This document shows, piece by piece, positions 25,401-38,310 of a stretch of 64,000 nt of DNA (position 1 is its first letter; the number at the start of each line of letters is the position of its first letter). Location of the stretch: contig OZ260665.1 of NCBI GenBank assembly GCA_965285935.1, positions 57,474,001 through 57,538,000 on the forward strand. The letters run 5' to 3'. Below the pieces are notes generated by a model that worked only from the letters and a program-made list of their open reading frames with translations, made no database searches and had not been told where the DNA came from. This stretch comes from Ophelia neglecta (taxonomy: Eukaryota). The translations under genes were made by a program, and so were the position numbers.

Positions 25401-27849
25401 GAAAATCAAAATTTTCTGAATTGGTTGTTGTCAGGAAATTAATAACATGTTTAACATGTCCAACAAAACAAGTTGAATGCAAATAAGAATTCTACATGTC
25501 TCAGTAGTATGGCTAAACTGAGAACAGATGTATGATTCAGTTCGTTTAATTAGATTATTGAACCTTTTTAAAGCACCAGGAGGTCAGGAGATGTTAAAGG
25601 AAAGGGGACAAGTCGTCAGATATAGTTAATATGTACCTTCCTGTAGGTTCCAGTTGTCTGAACTCTAACCCCAGGTGTCCAATTTAACTACCTTTAAACT
25701 TGTTTTAGTCAACCGGTTTTATCATAACAGATATGATGAAAGAAGCAGATATCTGGTAAACCCCCATGTCATCCCAAATCCATGGCTATTTATCTTAATT
25801 TCATTATTATTTCCAATGAATAACCTAATAGAATTAATATCAGAATGATGTGTAGTCAAGCATTGTGATTATTATGATGTCCAAAGCCAGCTGCTCTAGG
25901 AGCAGGGGTCTCTGCTATCTGGTCATGCTTGTTAAACTTAATGGAAAAACTGTCTTTTATTTTTCATCTGCAGGTCACTGAGTTCATTACTAGAGCAGTC
26001 AAGAGATTTGTTGTCAATTTCAGATTAGTATTAGTACAGTCCATCCATGTACATGACTTTGCAGAGTTGTAGAGTTTGTAAAATATGTACCGAATACAGG
26101 CTGGAAAGCAGTGTTAGGCTTATTGAAATATATATTTTGCACATTGCACACTGTTGAAAAAACATTGCAAAATAATAGTTTGCACCATATATACTGATAT
26201 GAACTTCATAATATTGAATAATTTGAACCACAATTATTACAGGTCTGTGAACATAATTTTCCTTCCTGTAAAATAGTGATCTTCAAAACAATATTCTACT
26301 GTGCAAAAAAAGTGAATCCAAATTTTAAACCACTTAACAAAACCGGGATTTGTTGGTATGCAAATTGTAAGAAGTGACTTGCTGGCAGAGACTGTACTCA
26401 CTAGATAGATGTACAGTATGTTCACCTCCAAATCTGACTCTAAGGGTGATTCTAAACTTTGTTAAGAACAAAGACCTCATCATCTTACTAAAAATTTGTG
26501 AAAATGAAACTGGTGTGGCTGGAACTAGTGTTTGTGCGATTCTGTTAGTTTTGGAAGGTGGGGTTCACAATGAATGGATGTGTCTAACTTGTAAAGTACT
26601 TGAGGTAAGATTACTGCTGTATTTACAACATACAAGGCAGCACCTGTGAGTTAAATAAGGTACCAGGAAATAAACAAGCCATTGGCTCAGCCATGGTGCT
26701 CTGTTATAATAATCAGATGCTATAATAGTAAAAAAAGGGGTTCATGTTACTGAAATTGGGTATGGGGAGGCACTCACAAACTTGTCTAGCCTTCATTTCT
26801 CAGTCAATAAGGAAGGCAGAAATTACAAAAGTCTGTTAACATGAATCAAAGTCTACCAGTAATGAGGTCTTGTACAGCAATCAGATGGGGGAGAGAATGA
26901 AAGAGTTTGTAATAGTTAGTGACTGAAGGCTCATGGCCAACTCATCACCTCCCATCAAAGCTATCTATTGAGCTTTGATCCTCAGCTCATCAGCAGTTTA
27001 TCTCTGCTCATCAGTGGAGCTAGATTAGCTAACCTCCTTAAAATAACATCACAGCTGATATAAATGTTCTGGACCAACCAGGAGGGTAAATGTTTAGCTA
27101 AATGTCCACAGATCAGGAGTGTTAGTGTGTAATAGTCCTCGATTTGTGATGATACCTTGTTATTTATGGTCCACTTCAGATGTGTGCTGTGGTTAGATCC
27201 AGTTCAGATATATGGCCAATTGATGAAGTGTGAAGTTGTCTGTAGGTGGCCTGTACATTACACCACCATAACTAACTGACTGAAGTGTGCCCTGCCAATA
27301 AATGGTCATTTGTCTCCAAACTCCAGGAAAATCATGATGATTTGTCAATATAATGTGTATAAAATCTACATACTGGATGTTAACCAGTTGTTTTAAATTT
27401 CCAGGCATCCTAGATAATTGATTTGGATTTTTGGAATGTAAGGATCCTAGAAAATTAAATGCAAGCATTTGTTAACTTAGTATAAAAAGGAAAATTTTAT
27501 AGGATGGAAGCAAATGCTATAATATCGATATCTAGAATCATAAACTTGACAATCAGGAAGCTTTGGCTCGTGGAATTTGATAATGAAAGATTTGTTCCTA
27601 CAAGAACCATGTTCATGGAGTCATGAAATTAAAATCAATGTTCTTTTTATTCCTGGAACAATGTTTGAATCAGTTTATATTCTAGGAATCAATCGGCATA
27701 TTAAAATGGAGTCTACTAGACATATTGAAGAATCCTCTGTCATCTTTAATTTCATGCTGAAGCCTCAATTTAGACAGTTTGACACAGGCAATGTGCTAAG
27801 CATCTTGGGATGCATTACAATTTCTTATTGAATCCTAACTCGAACTGAG

Positions 27850-28500
27850 TAGCAGGCTAATGGCCAGAGAACTGGTGGTTCCACCCATGCAGTTAGGCCA
27901 GTAGATAGCCTTTGGTTTGGAAGTAGGGCAAAGTATCTGGGGTTAGATCAGACTTGATAGTCCAGTCTTGATGAGAAGGCCAGCACTGTTCTTAATGATT
28001 CATCAGTTCCGCTTCACTAAGGTGGAAAATAGCATGAAGAAATGATGTGAAAAATTGAATTTACCGGCCAAATGTCAGAGATATGATATGAAGATTTGGC
28101 TACAGGGCCATAGATAGGGAGTAGAAGGACCAGGCAACTTGTAAACCGTGGAAAATTCATTACATTCTCAACCGGAGGGGTCCTGAGAGGGTCACATCTA
28201 CAAATTATGTACTGTGGTGGTCTTCTTGATCTGTTTCATAGGTGTTATAAGTAAACTGGCTTGTTCTGCTTGTTTTGAAGCAACTCAGCATGTTTGATCA
28301 GGGCATCAAATTACTTGTTGATTTCATCAGTTTCATGTGTATGTATGTCAGGTAATATGAACCAATACTTCCCGTGAACAGGTCCCATATTAAAACTTTG
28401 CCGAACTCTTGCCTGAATTTGATATGATTGACAGACAATATTGTTCCTATAAGATCAAGCCAATATCATAATGAATGCAGACAAGTCAGGCATCTCTAAT
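27850..28500 (-). mobile_element. RTE-clade LINE RT remnant
   Basis: Ordered motifs RVRQSFNMGPV (GVRQG..P), FDALIKHAELLQ (ADD.AL...LQ), KKT, AFSSRLDYQV*SN (AF.RL..VW.N) and TK.AIY. Confidence 0.55.
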
Positions 28501-29389
28501 CTAATAACTTATGACAAGTTTGTGGCAGCTATATTAAATTGTAGATGTACATATATGTAAACTGGTGGAATCATTGTTCAGTCCTTTTGATCAAATATTA
28601 AGCTGATTGAGCAACACCTTCAGTAAAGTCCATTTGACTGATCACATACATGTATATTGTATTATCTGATTGAATCATAAATTCATCATCTCCTCATTAA
28701 ATATTGATCTAATTTTTGTGCCATTAATCTCATATTACCACTAGAGAACAATTAAGTGGATGATAATAAATTGTAAACCCTACATGACGCCATCGAGTTG
28801 CCCATTGAGTCTGACATTTGCAATCTGCTGCTTTTACATTCTTTGTCATCAACTTGGTACATTTTGTCCACCCACAAATAATGAAGACAAATAGATAAAA
28901 TGTAATCATATTAATTTCCTCATTATAATAAAAATATTCCAAGTAGTTGCAGAAAATGAAAATATCAGCCATTTTAAATACTGTAGAGGAAGCATCTCTT
29001 TTTCACAACCATGCTTTCCTATTTGTAAGGGTGACATCACAGGTGATTGAGTTGTTTTTTCTTTGTTTTTTGTCATACTTTCTACAACCAGTATACATAT
29101 GCAAAGATGTCTATGTATATTTACATACAGAGTAAAAGGTATAAAAAGAACAGACTCAATCGCCTGTGGCTGCCAGTATGTAATACCTTTTCCCCACCCA
29201 CATTGGGATCTAAAAGCAATGAAAGAAGGAAAATAAACCTGGAAATCCTTTGAGTTAACAGGAAATATATCTGGCTTGGAATTCTTGACTAGTCATTAAC
29301 ATATAAGTTGGAGGCGGAGGTTATTTGTTGATGGTATTTGTCAGATATTATCATATTACAGCAAACCAAGATTAATGTTCATCTTTCAG

Positions 29390-29710
29390 CCAACACTGGC
29401 CCTTTTTCCTGGATACCAACCAGCCTCTATTGTAAGATGGACCAACCTTCCGCATTTAATACTTACAGTAGTAATATAGCATTACCCTGAAGCTTGAGAC
29501 ACTTTGTACATGCAGACTGATGTAGACCCAGCACTGTGATGAGCTGTAAGTTTCAAGTATTGTTTTCAGGACCGTTTTTAGATAGACTTCAACAGATGGT
29601 TCATCTTATAATTTTATCTGTCCATTTGAGCATATTCTGTTCATTACCAGATTTCATTAGTCCTGCATCAGCGGTGCTAATGGCAGTATGGCATACCTCC
29701 ACCAGGACTT
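29390..29710 (-). mobile_element. RTE-like LINE RT remnant
   Basis: ADAGLMKSGNEQNMLKWTDKI..SLSKN and VQSVSSFR resemble ADDxxL...LQ..D, GLxIN and VxxFxYLG. Confidence 0.4.
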
Positions 29711-30578
29711 CCAATCTGAAAATTAACATTTTTAATTTGTAAAGAGCTGCTTCAGATATTTTGCATGTTTTGCCTCAAGTGATAGATAACCATAATAATG
29801 AAAAACACACTTTGTTTGACAATGTACTTTAATTTTATAATAAAACAGTGTTAATGTGTGTTAATTCAAGATTTGTTTTATGAATATCGACTACATGTAT
29901 AACAATATTTACTCTTTATCACTTATTTGTTATGTCATTAGAAGGAACATTTAGAGAGGCTATAAACGAGCAGTAATTTACCTATAATTTAGTTTGCATT
30001 AATTTAAAGAAAGATAACTAAAGAAAAGCTGACTAAATTGTCTTGCCAGACTGCCAGTGTTTATGTAACATGAATCATGCCTTAATGAGTTTTCTCAGCA
30101 GGACATGCTGCCTCAGGGTGAAACTTCAGCTGAATTGATAGCAACATTATGAAAGCCATGACAGTGACAAAGGCTTTGTACAATCAGTTGCTTATATCTT
30201 GAGGTATTTTAGAAATCACCATTTATCATAATGTTAGAAAAATAGGAAACTACAAGAATACATCCTAAAGGTATGGACATTAATTTAAAACAGGTTAACA
30301 GTTGCCAAGATGCCTTCGACGTGCTTCATTTTGTCTATTTTTTAAAAACAATTCAGGTATTGTAAGGTTTTGGTTGTGTTTGTATTAAAAAATGAGGATA
30401 ATTTTCCTGACAATAAGTAGAAAACATAAACTTTCAAGTTTTCTTTTAAATACTTTCTATTTAGCACATTGATTTACAATAACCCACATGAAGTAGTGGC
30501 ACTTATTAACTGTAAACTGAGACCTTTTCCTAGCCATTAAAGTGTTGTGGGTGAAATGTCTGCTGGACTGATTGATAA

Positions 30579-30756
30579 CAGTGGTCCCTGTGATGTAGGG
30601 ACACCACTACATCAAAGCAACAGTGTCCCTACAAAGCAGGTGTCCTTTTATCAGAGGGACATTAACAGAAGAAAGATAGAACACGGGCATTAAAAAATGT
30701 CCTGTGGTAGTAGGGAGTCCCTTCATCGGAGGGTCCCTTCATCGCAGGGACCACAG
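30579..30756. mobile_element. 178-bp MITE (pogo/Tigger-like ends)
   Basis: 24-bp TIRs with 3 mismatches: cagtggtccctgtgatgtagggac and gtcccttcatcgcagggaccacag. Flanked by aa (left) and ta (right). Internal repeats of the gtccct motif. Confidence 0.85.
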
Positions 30757-31749
30757 TATTGCTATTCCCAGTAAAAGGAGTGGTGCCTGAAATAGACAAA
30801 GAACATGTATTTATCTACCAATTAATTGTGACACACTTCTGTATATCAGATTATGATTACTGGGGTATTTAAGTTTACTTATATTTAAACGACAATGCAG
30901 ATTCACTAACAGTACCATTATTATACATACTGTGCCAGTGAATTCTGCCAAGTTGATGTAAAGTTAGGATTGTTGGCCAACTGCATTTTCCAAAAAGGTG
31001 TTCTCCTCCTCCAAGGATATAAATGCTTTCAAATTTACCTGTCTGTTTCCTCCATATGAAATTTTAGATCTCCAATTTCATCCTTCAATGTACACAGAGA
31101 ACCAGCAGGTAATTCTGGTAATTCCGGAAGAAGATCGTAACCTCTGAGCCTGATGACGTTAATTAGGCCAGGTGCAGGAATTAGGTGTGACACTGGGTGG
31201 TTACTACCTGTGGAGTAGATGAGGTTCAGGCAGGTGGGAGATATGTGGGAGATATGTGGGAGACACTGGTATCTCATGTCCTTACCAGACAGCCAGGGTA
31301 AGACCACATGGGGTCTTCATGAGAATATCTACACTAGTTGTCTACCTTAATATGGTCTATCAGCCAGCTGTGTTTTTTGCCTGTAGCTTTTTTTAATGAA
31401 GCATTTAAGAATAGGTGACTGACATGCAATGTAATTTATAATATTTAGTTTGTCTACATATGTGTTGTTCAAACACTGGTGAGCTAACTAGGCTACTTAG
31501 TTTAACATCTTTTTCTCGACATTTCACAGGGCGCAATTCTTTTCAACATGAATTACCTTTATAAGCGCAAAGTACAAAACTAATTGGCACTAATGAGATC
31601 ATTGAAATGCAATGTGCTGCTGCATATAAAAGACTGCAGGAAGGTGTCAGGTTCCTATTAAAAAATAAAATGAAGATGGACATGAGCTGATGTTGGCTGG
31701 CAGCTGACTATGTAGACTGATCATCTGGGTGTAAAGTGATCAGGCTATC

Positions 31750-32090
31750 TTCATGGCTGCTTCAACTCTGTTTAAAACATCCCAGCAATCTGTTTTATAT
31801 CTTTGTCTTACATTAGTAAAATTACTGAAACATGCAGTGCTGCAAACTATGAGAAGGCCTTCCTGGATGTCTGTCCGAATTATTTTCTCATAATGAATTT
31901 GATACATAAATAACTCCAAAACAGATGTGTCTACCAACAATACCATGTTGCAGAAACCAAAAAGAATTCATGGGAGGTGTTGTACAATTAAGGCAAGATT
32001 GCTTCCAACTGACTGTACTGTAGTTCCAGATATCTGGTTTTGCTGCCAATGTGGCCTACCAGCCCCAGTATTGATATTTCTGGAAGTGAT
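31750..32090 (-). mobile_element. Possible RTE LINE 3' end remnant
   Basis: RHPGRP followed by DCWDVLNRVEAA (cf. RxxGRP ... DRxxW). Confidence 0.35.
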
Positions 32091-33193
32091 CACTTGGAAT
32101 TGTGGAAGAAATTATTTTAATCAAGAAAGCTTGGCTTATTGGGATTTATCACCATCATGTGCTATAAATTGCAGTTTTTAGCCAATTATGACTCAATTTA
32201 AGAAGATTATTAGCTGGTACCATAATTTTACCAGGTGTGTGCAGTGGAAAAAAGACACAGGTACATAGGGAAAAAAAGACATCTGACATAAAAACAGAGT
32301 TATATGAGTCTAAAGTAACTAAGCTAGAGGCTTGTCATGTGGAGATGTTATTGTATTTTTTTGCAGTCACCTCCAGATATTATATAAAAACGGTTAAATT
32401 TCAACAGATATGACCTTGAAATAAATAGTCACATCTGATGTAATAATAACATTCTTAGACCTTTAGTCCAATGGAAAAAACCTATTATTCTTCCCAGGCT
32501 TATCTTTTCGGCAGATGATTTTTTGGGGCAATTTTATTCGTAGTATGGACCATGTATTTTACCAATTACAAGACAATCTGTCAGAAGTATGAAAAATGAA
32601 GGCTGATCATGGACCAGGTTGTCTTTCAAGGTCATCATGCTGTACTAAGATAGTGACAGAGGTCAACATGTGACACTGATGGTTGCTAGGTGAACTGTCC
32701 GGTTACCATGCCAACCGATAATTTACTGAAAGTGAAACCATTGCATAAAGCCAATAAGAGTCACTTTTTATACATAGGAAACCAGAGGTTCTAATTTAAT
32801 TAAAACTACATGTAGTTGGGCTCCAGGCAGCTTGTAATAATTATAATTTCATCAGTAACTGAAAACTAAAGGTCAGTATTGTGTATTTGTAGGCAAACTC
32901 AGTGGTCAAGTGTACATTACAACGCTATATGTTACAAAAAGCTTCAAAACATGCAACATTTCTAGGGAAATATCAAGATTCAATAGTGATACTGATCAGT
33001 ATGGCTGGAGGGCTGATTTCTGAAATGAAATGAAATAAATGGACCTCCAAGCAAGTACAATAATATTGATTAAATAATTAATAATAGAAAATAAAGACAA
33101 AACACCAGGTAATAACTAAATGTTGACAGTCATGCCTACAATCATCAGATTTAAAGTCAATAGTTATAATAGTACATGGCAATTGTGATATTA

Positions 33194-33194
<1 letters not shown>

Positions 33195-33237
<43 letters not shown>
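33195..33237. repeat. (TAA)n/(TGA) microsatellite
   Basis: taataataataa... grading into taatgataatga. Confidence 0.95.
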
Positions 33238-33238
<1 letters not shown>

Positions 33239-36200
33239 GTATTTATTTCTAAATATAAAGTATTGAAAAATTGATAATTGAACTTCACGAAACTGTTGGG
33301 TTATTTATATTTTGAATGATTTTTTATGCCTGTCAATGGCTGCAAATTTATAGTCTTGGGATGTAGAATTGCCTGTGTATTTATTTTATTATCTGTACAT
33401 GCATGCTTGGCCCTTGTTATGTGTGACTGTGGTAGGGTAATGACAAGCTACTGACAATGTGCATGTTGCATGTTTGTAATGCATGGCTTGTACCATTGAA
33501 TTATCAATAGCGTGTGGAAATGGCTTCTGAACTCAAAAATTAAAAACTGCCTTACATCACACGGCTTTCAGCCAGGCCTTCCATTTTACACCCATCGAAT
33601 TTCATGCAGTCATTGTAGTGTGCACAGATACAGTGAAATAATGAGAAATCTGATATATGAATTCTGTCCCATGTAATTGGAGCATAGCATGCCTGCTCAT
33701 TGGAAGAAAGCTTAATGAAATAATAATTTTAGTTCAGAGTTTTAAGTTGATTAGGTGCTTGATAGATGGCAGAGCAATATTCATGGACGAGAAAAAAGCA
33801 TGCCATAGGTAGGGGAACTGGCTGAACGTGCATGTTTATTAAAGCATTGCTTAGATAACCTTTTGATATCACATTTGAATAACTGTATAGTACTGTGGTT
33901 TGAATTAATTGCACTTTTATGCTGGAACCCAAAAAACTTTTTTGATCAAAGAGATTGAGTCTGTGTGACTGAATGTTGAGCTCTAACAGAATTTATCAAG
34001 TTTAATTGAATAAATTGTGCAGTATCATTGTGACTCATTAACAGTCTGTCCAAGTTCCATGGATACCCTTGGTTATAAACACAGCTCTTTTTCTTGATAA
34101 AAAAGAGCCAGTGTCGAAAAATGGACACTTTTCTTGGCAAACTTTGACGGACTGGGAACTCTTTTTTGGATTGGAAATATAAACAAACTATATTTACCTG
34201 TAGTAATGGTACTGTTAATTTGATTCAAGGATAATCAGGCTTAATTATCATTCTCTCTGAAATTAATGAATATTTCAATGATAGATAGGGCATAGACTTA
34301 CAAACTATCACCTGATCCCAGTTTACTTGTGCTTCAGGTATTTCATTGTCACTTGGGGCCCGTGTAATGGTCAGAGGTGCTACTTTGGCACTGCTCTCTA
34401 ACATGAAACAAGAACAGGACATCATATAACAAGTTGACTGGGATAAATTGAATTTTCATGGGGGTGAAAAGTGTGCACATTCTGTGAAGGACTTTTACAA
34501 CCTCTTAGCATGTGCCTGTGAAAATATTTTTGCAAAGAGATCTTTTATCTCAGGCAATTATTTTAAATGTCTGTGCAATTTTTCATCAATTAAACGGAAG
34601 TTTGATTGGTAATATCTCCAGTGCTCAGCAAGTGTGAAGAATGTTTTCCTTTACACACTAAAGTTCATGTTCAGTTTAACATTGCCCCATTATCCTGTGA
34701 AAAAAAATGTATTGGTATTTAATATTATGACATGTTTAAGACTCTTGGTCGAATGCATTTTTACATCGTCAAATCTCATGGACAAAAAAAAAATATTCTG
34801 AAACAAGTACATTAGAAATCTTCAATGAAATCCCAGGACAAATCTGCTGACTGTATAATCAACTGCCCCTTTAAGTCTGCTCTCTGTTTAGCGTAGATTT
34901 AATTTTAGAGCTTAATTATTTGTATGACCCATGCATTTTGAAAAGCTGTTTGAAAATTTCATATACTTGCAAAGTTGATATTGTGTGGTCAAGACCTATT
35001 ACCATAATAGGTAAAGCAGCACTTAACATTTGCCTCATGTAAGAAAGGATTCATTTTGTGACCTTGAACCAAACCTTGACCTGGCTATTCAAGGCCATAC
35101 AACAAACACTTCTCCTTGTCTAATTGCTGGCATTCATGTACATGTAATGTATGAAAATAAACATTGTAACTTTCAGATATTTCCCTGGGTGGAATCTTTT
35201 AATTAGAGCTGTTATGATGTGAATATGTCCAAGGATATGTCCTCCCCTTTTAAGATAGCCATGATATTATCTAGATCTACAAGTGTACATGTACTATAGG
35301 CTATATTAATGTTGGGAGTTCAAAGGCGCTAGCAGTCTTGATTTTATTAATCTATTCATAAATTATGTCTATCCCTCTATTAAAGAAAAAGTGTTGGCAA
35401 ATCGATCAAAGGGTTGTAGTGTAATATTAAAATGTGTGCACAAATTTTCTGTTTAGAGTTCATGTTGGTACACTTGGAGGTAGATGTAACTAGTAATGAA
35501 ACCAAATCTTACAAGGTTTCTACCACCTAGCCCGCTGACACCTTGTAAGCTGCATGGTCCCCTCCAGAATGTGTCAGGGTATCTGCTCTATAACCTCCCT
35601 CACCGCTGGAGCCTCAATAACATAGGCACATCGGGCAAGAAGGAGCATGGAATGTGCATTGATTTGACAGGTTTGTTTGTAAGTTTTATGGCTAAAAGAT
35701 GAAAATCCACTTTGCTGAAGCTTAATAATACAGTATGCATTTATATGTCATCAATCACAATGTCTGTCATATAAAAACTAGCACCTGAGAGAAAGTTATG
35801 ACTATAATAACAGCCTATACTTACATGTTTACTGTATGGGGAAACTGAACTTTTTTTATTCAAAGGTATATATCTTAACTGAACTGTTTTGTCAAACTTA
35901 CTGCACCGTATTGCCATTCTCACTTTCCATGGCCTCTTATGTTTTCCAAAGGTTCTATTAGTATTGCATTTAAAATTGTTTTATATTTAGGACTTATTGA
36001 AAGAGGATGATCACTGAAAAAGACAAGGTCCCTTTCCAGGAAGAGTCCAGCTGACAAGCAGTTGAAAAATATATATGCATTAATGATTTTCAGGGGGAGG
36101 GGGGTGTAGGCCCAGTTGGTCCTTTCCAATTCAGCAGATATACTGGTAGATAAGATTGGGTGTTGGTATTACATGACCCTAGTGTCTAGGTCTTGACCCC

Positions 36201-37199
36201 AATACATGTAAATATATATCTGAACCCAGCCTACTAGAGCAGGAACAGGGTTATGCTGACATATGATCAGTGTTATCTGGCTCTTACTTAGACATGTTCA
36301 CATGAAGATATTGCCTGTTTTTAGAATCATAACAGGAAATGTACTCAATTTACATATTTGATTTGAGAAGACTTTCACATACATGTAGATGTAACTGTAG
36401 GAGGTATATGGTTTAAGTGGTGGCTCAGTAGTTTGGACTCTATTCCTGAGCAAGAATCAATCCCAAATCTACATTTTAGTTTTGCTCCAGCAATCCTTAA
36501 GATTAATGCTACACCAAGTCTTTCTTTCTTTTTAAATCTGTATGTTTTTTCCCATTGACACACAAACCTGCTCTTAGACCACATCATCCCAAGTGAGCTC
36601 CTAAGAAACACCTCCTATCAGCAAACTATTTGAACAATGAAATCAGGTAGACTATCAGAATTTCTCAAGTATAGTAGCTGTGTGTCAAAGCATGCTCCGA
36701 GCCCATAATAACATTTTTTTTGGTCATGAGGTGCAATCCGTGTAACTTCCTTCCTTACTTTTCCACTCTTATTTGGCTCGCTTTCCTTTATCAAGCTTGA
36801 AGAGCCCTCTCTATAGGATAGGTAAGATCCATTTCAATCAATATACTTGTTTATTAGACTGGACTAGGTCTCTTCCTGTGCCTCTACCTATCATTGTAGT
36901 ATGCATATTCATTAGTGAGAAGAACTTTCAGCTGTATATACATGAATGTGAATATGCAATATAACATGTTTGCCAACTTTTGGGTTGAAAACTTATTCCC
37001 TGGCCATGCTATAATCACAGTCCCTGCCCATAAGAGACATTCATCAACACATCCTTTTCTAGAGAGCTAGCAGTCCATTGGTGGCCTCAAAAATTGTGTG
37101 TCTGGCTGGATTGATATCCCGTCGACTTTTAAAACAGTTATTGAGAAAATATTAAGTATGCAAACTAGTATACAAAAAATGGAAGAATCAAAAAATGTT

Positions 37200-37660
37200 C
37201 AGTGATGATTCCCTGCATGAATGGTTTTTAAAGCATGATTTCTTAAAACAGATCACTGATACTGTGTCCTCGTTTAGTCTGCTCTTAAAACTTACTAGGT
37301 AAAATATGGTACTCATAATTTGCCCAATATGTACTTTTAGTTTGACTTTTGCTTATGGTTATTTACCCACAGTTTTGAATGTATTTCAGACTGTAAACTT
37401 GTTATAATAATATGACATAAATCTTCTGGTTGATACAATTGTCGACCCTCCTCTGCTATACGGTAGTACTTGTTTCTCATGTTTTGATGCACAATATTCG
37501 ACAGCTTAATGGTTCTCTCAAAGATCCTTGGCATCCTGTCATCTATTTTGATTTTCCCAGACACTTTTGATAGTAAGTAATTTGACTTCCTCCACACGGT
37601 GCTGGCCTTTTTGACCCAACAGATCAACTTAGTATGACAATCTTGGTTGTTTTGCTGTTA
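37200..37660 (-). mobile_element. RTE-clade LINE C-terminal remnant
   Basis: DCHTKLICWVKKASTVWRK..IKIDDRMPRIF..LSNIV, later RNHALK and MQGIIT (cf. EIxxRIxKA..., IxQGxIxG). Confidence 0.5.
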
Positions 37661-38175
37661 AACCAACATCATTTGTCTGGCAACTTGTACTTTAATATGT
37701 ATGAGAGAGACACACATGCTTACTAATAATCAACATCAGACTGTTTCAATTTCCCAAATGGAAAATATCTCATAAGTAAATGAGAAACTTCATACTATAG
37801 AAACATGTATCCTGAATTGCAATAATTCACACTCATTTTTTGTTGGAAAAACCCCTATATGTATTTATGAGCCAATAGTTTAAATCCATGCCTCCTGTAA
37901 TGAATCCTGTAATGCATCCTGTTTCGGAAACTAGCGTAGCTCATATTCAACTTTTAGGCATTTAAAAAGTTTCCATAATGACCCTTTCATAATGTACAGC
38001 GTATTTTACAGCTTCTGGCAGTATATTGTATGTCATTATGTTGGCTTCTCTTGTAAATGGATAATTTGGCTATATTTGTTTATTGACCACAAAATAAAAT
38101 TGCGGTTAACTCCATTCTACTACTGTTGAAAAGGCACATTTGAAGGCAGTAGATTTGTCTGATCAACATAACACA

Positions 38176-38310
38176 AACATTGATGGAGAAAAATTGGATT
38201 ACTTACAGAGTAGAAGAAACCATGTCTAATGTAACAAATTACCGACAATGAAAGATTCTAAGATCAAAACAATAGGAATCAGAGCTGATGTTTGATAAGG
38301 TGTGGCTTGA
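38176..38310 (+). mobile_element. Possible RTE LINE remnant
   Basis: NIDGEKLD..ITDN..KIKTIGIRA (cf. IDGExLE..ITxDG..EIKxRIGxA). Confidence 0.3.

Noticed and set aside
36415-36470. tRNA or tRNA-derived SINE head (A-box-like tggctcagtagtt, B-box-like aatcaatccc)
   Set aside because: No cloverleaf, a degenerate B box and no second copy seen.
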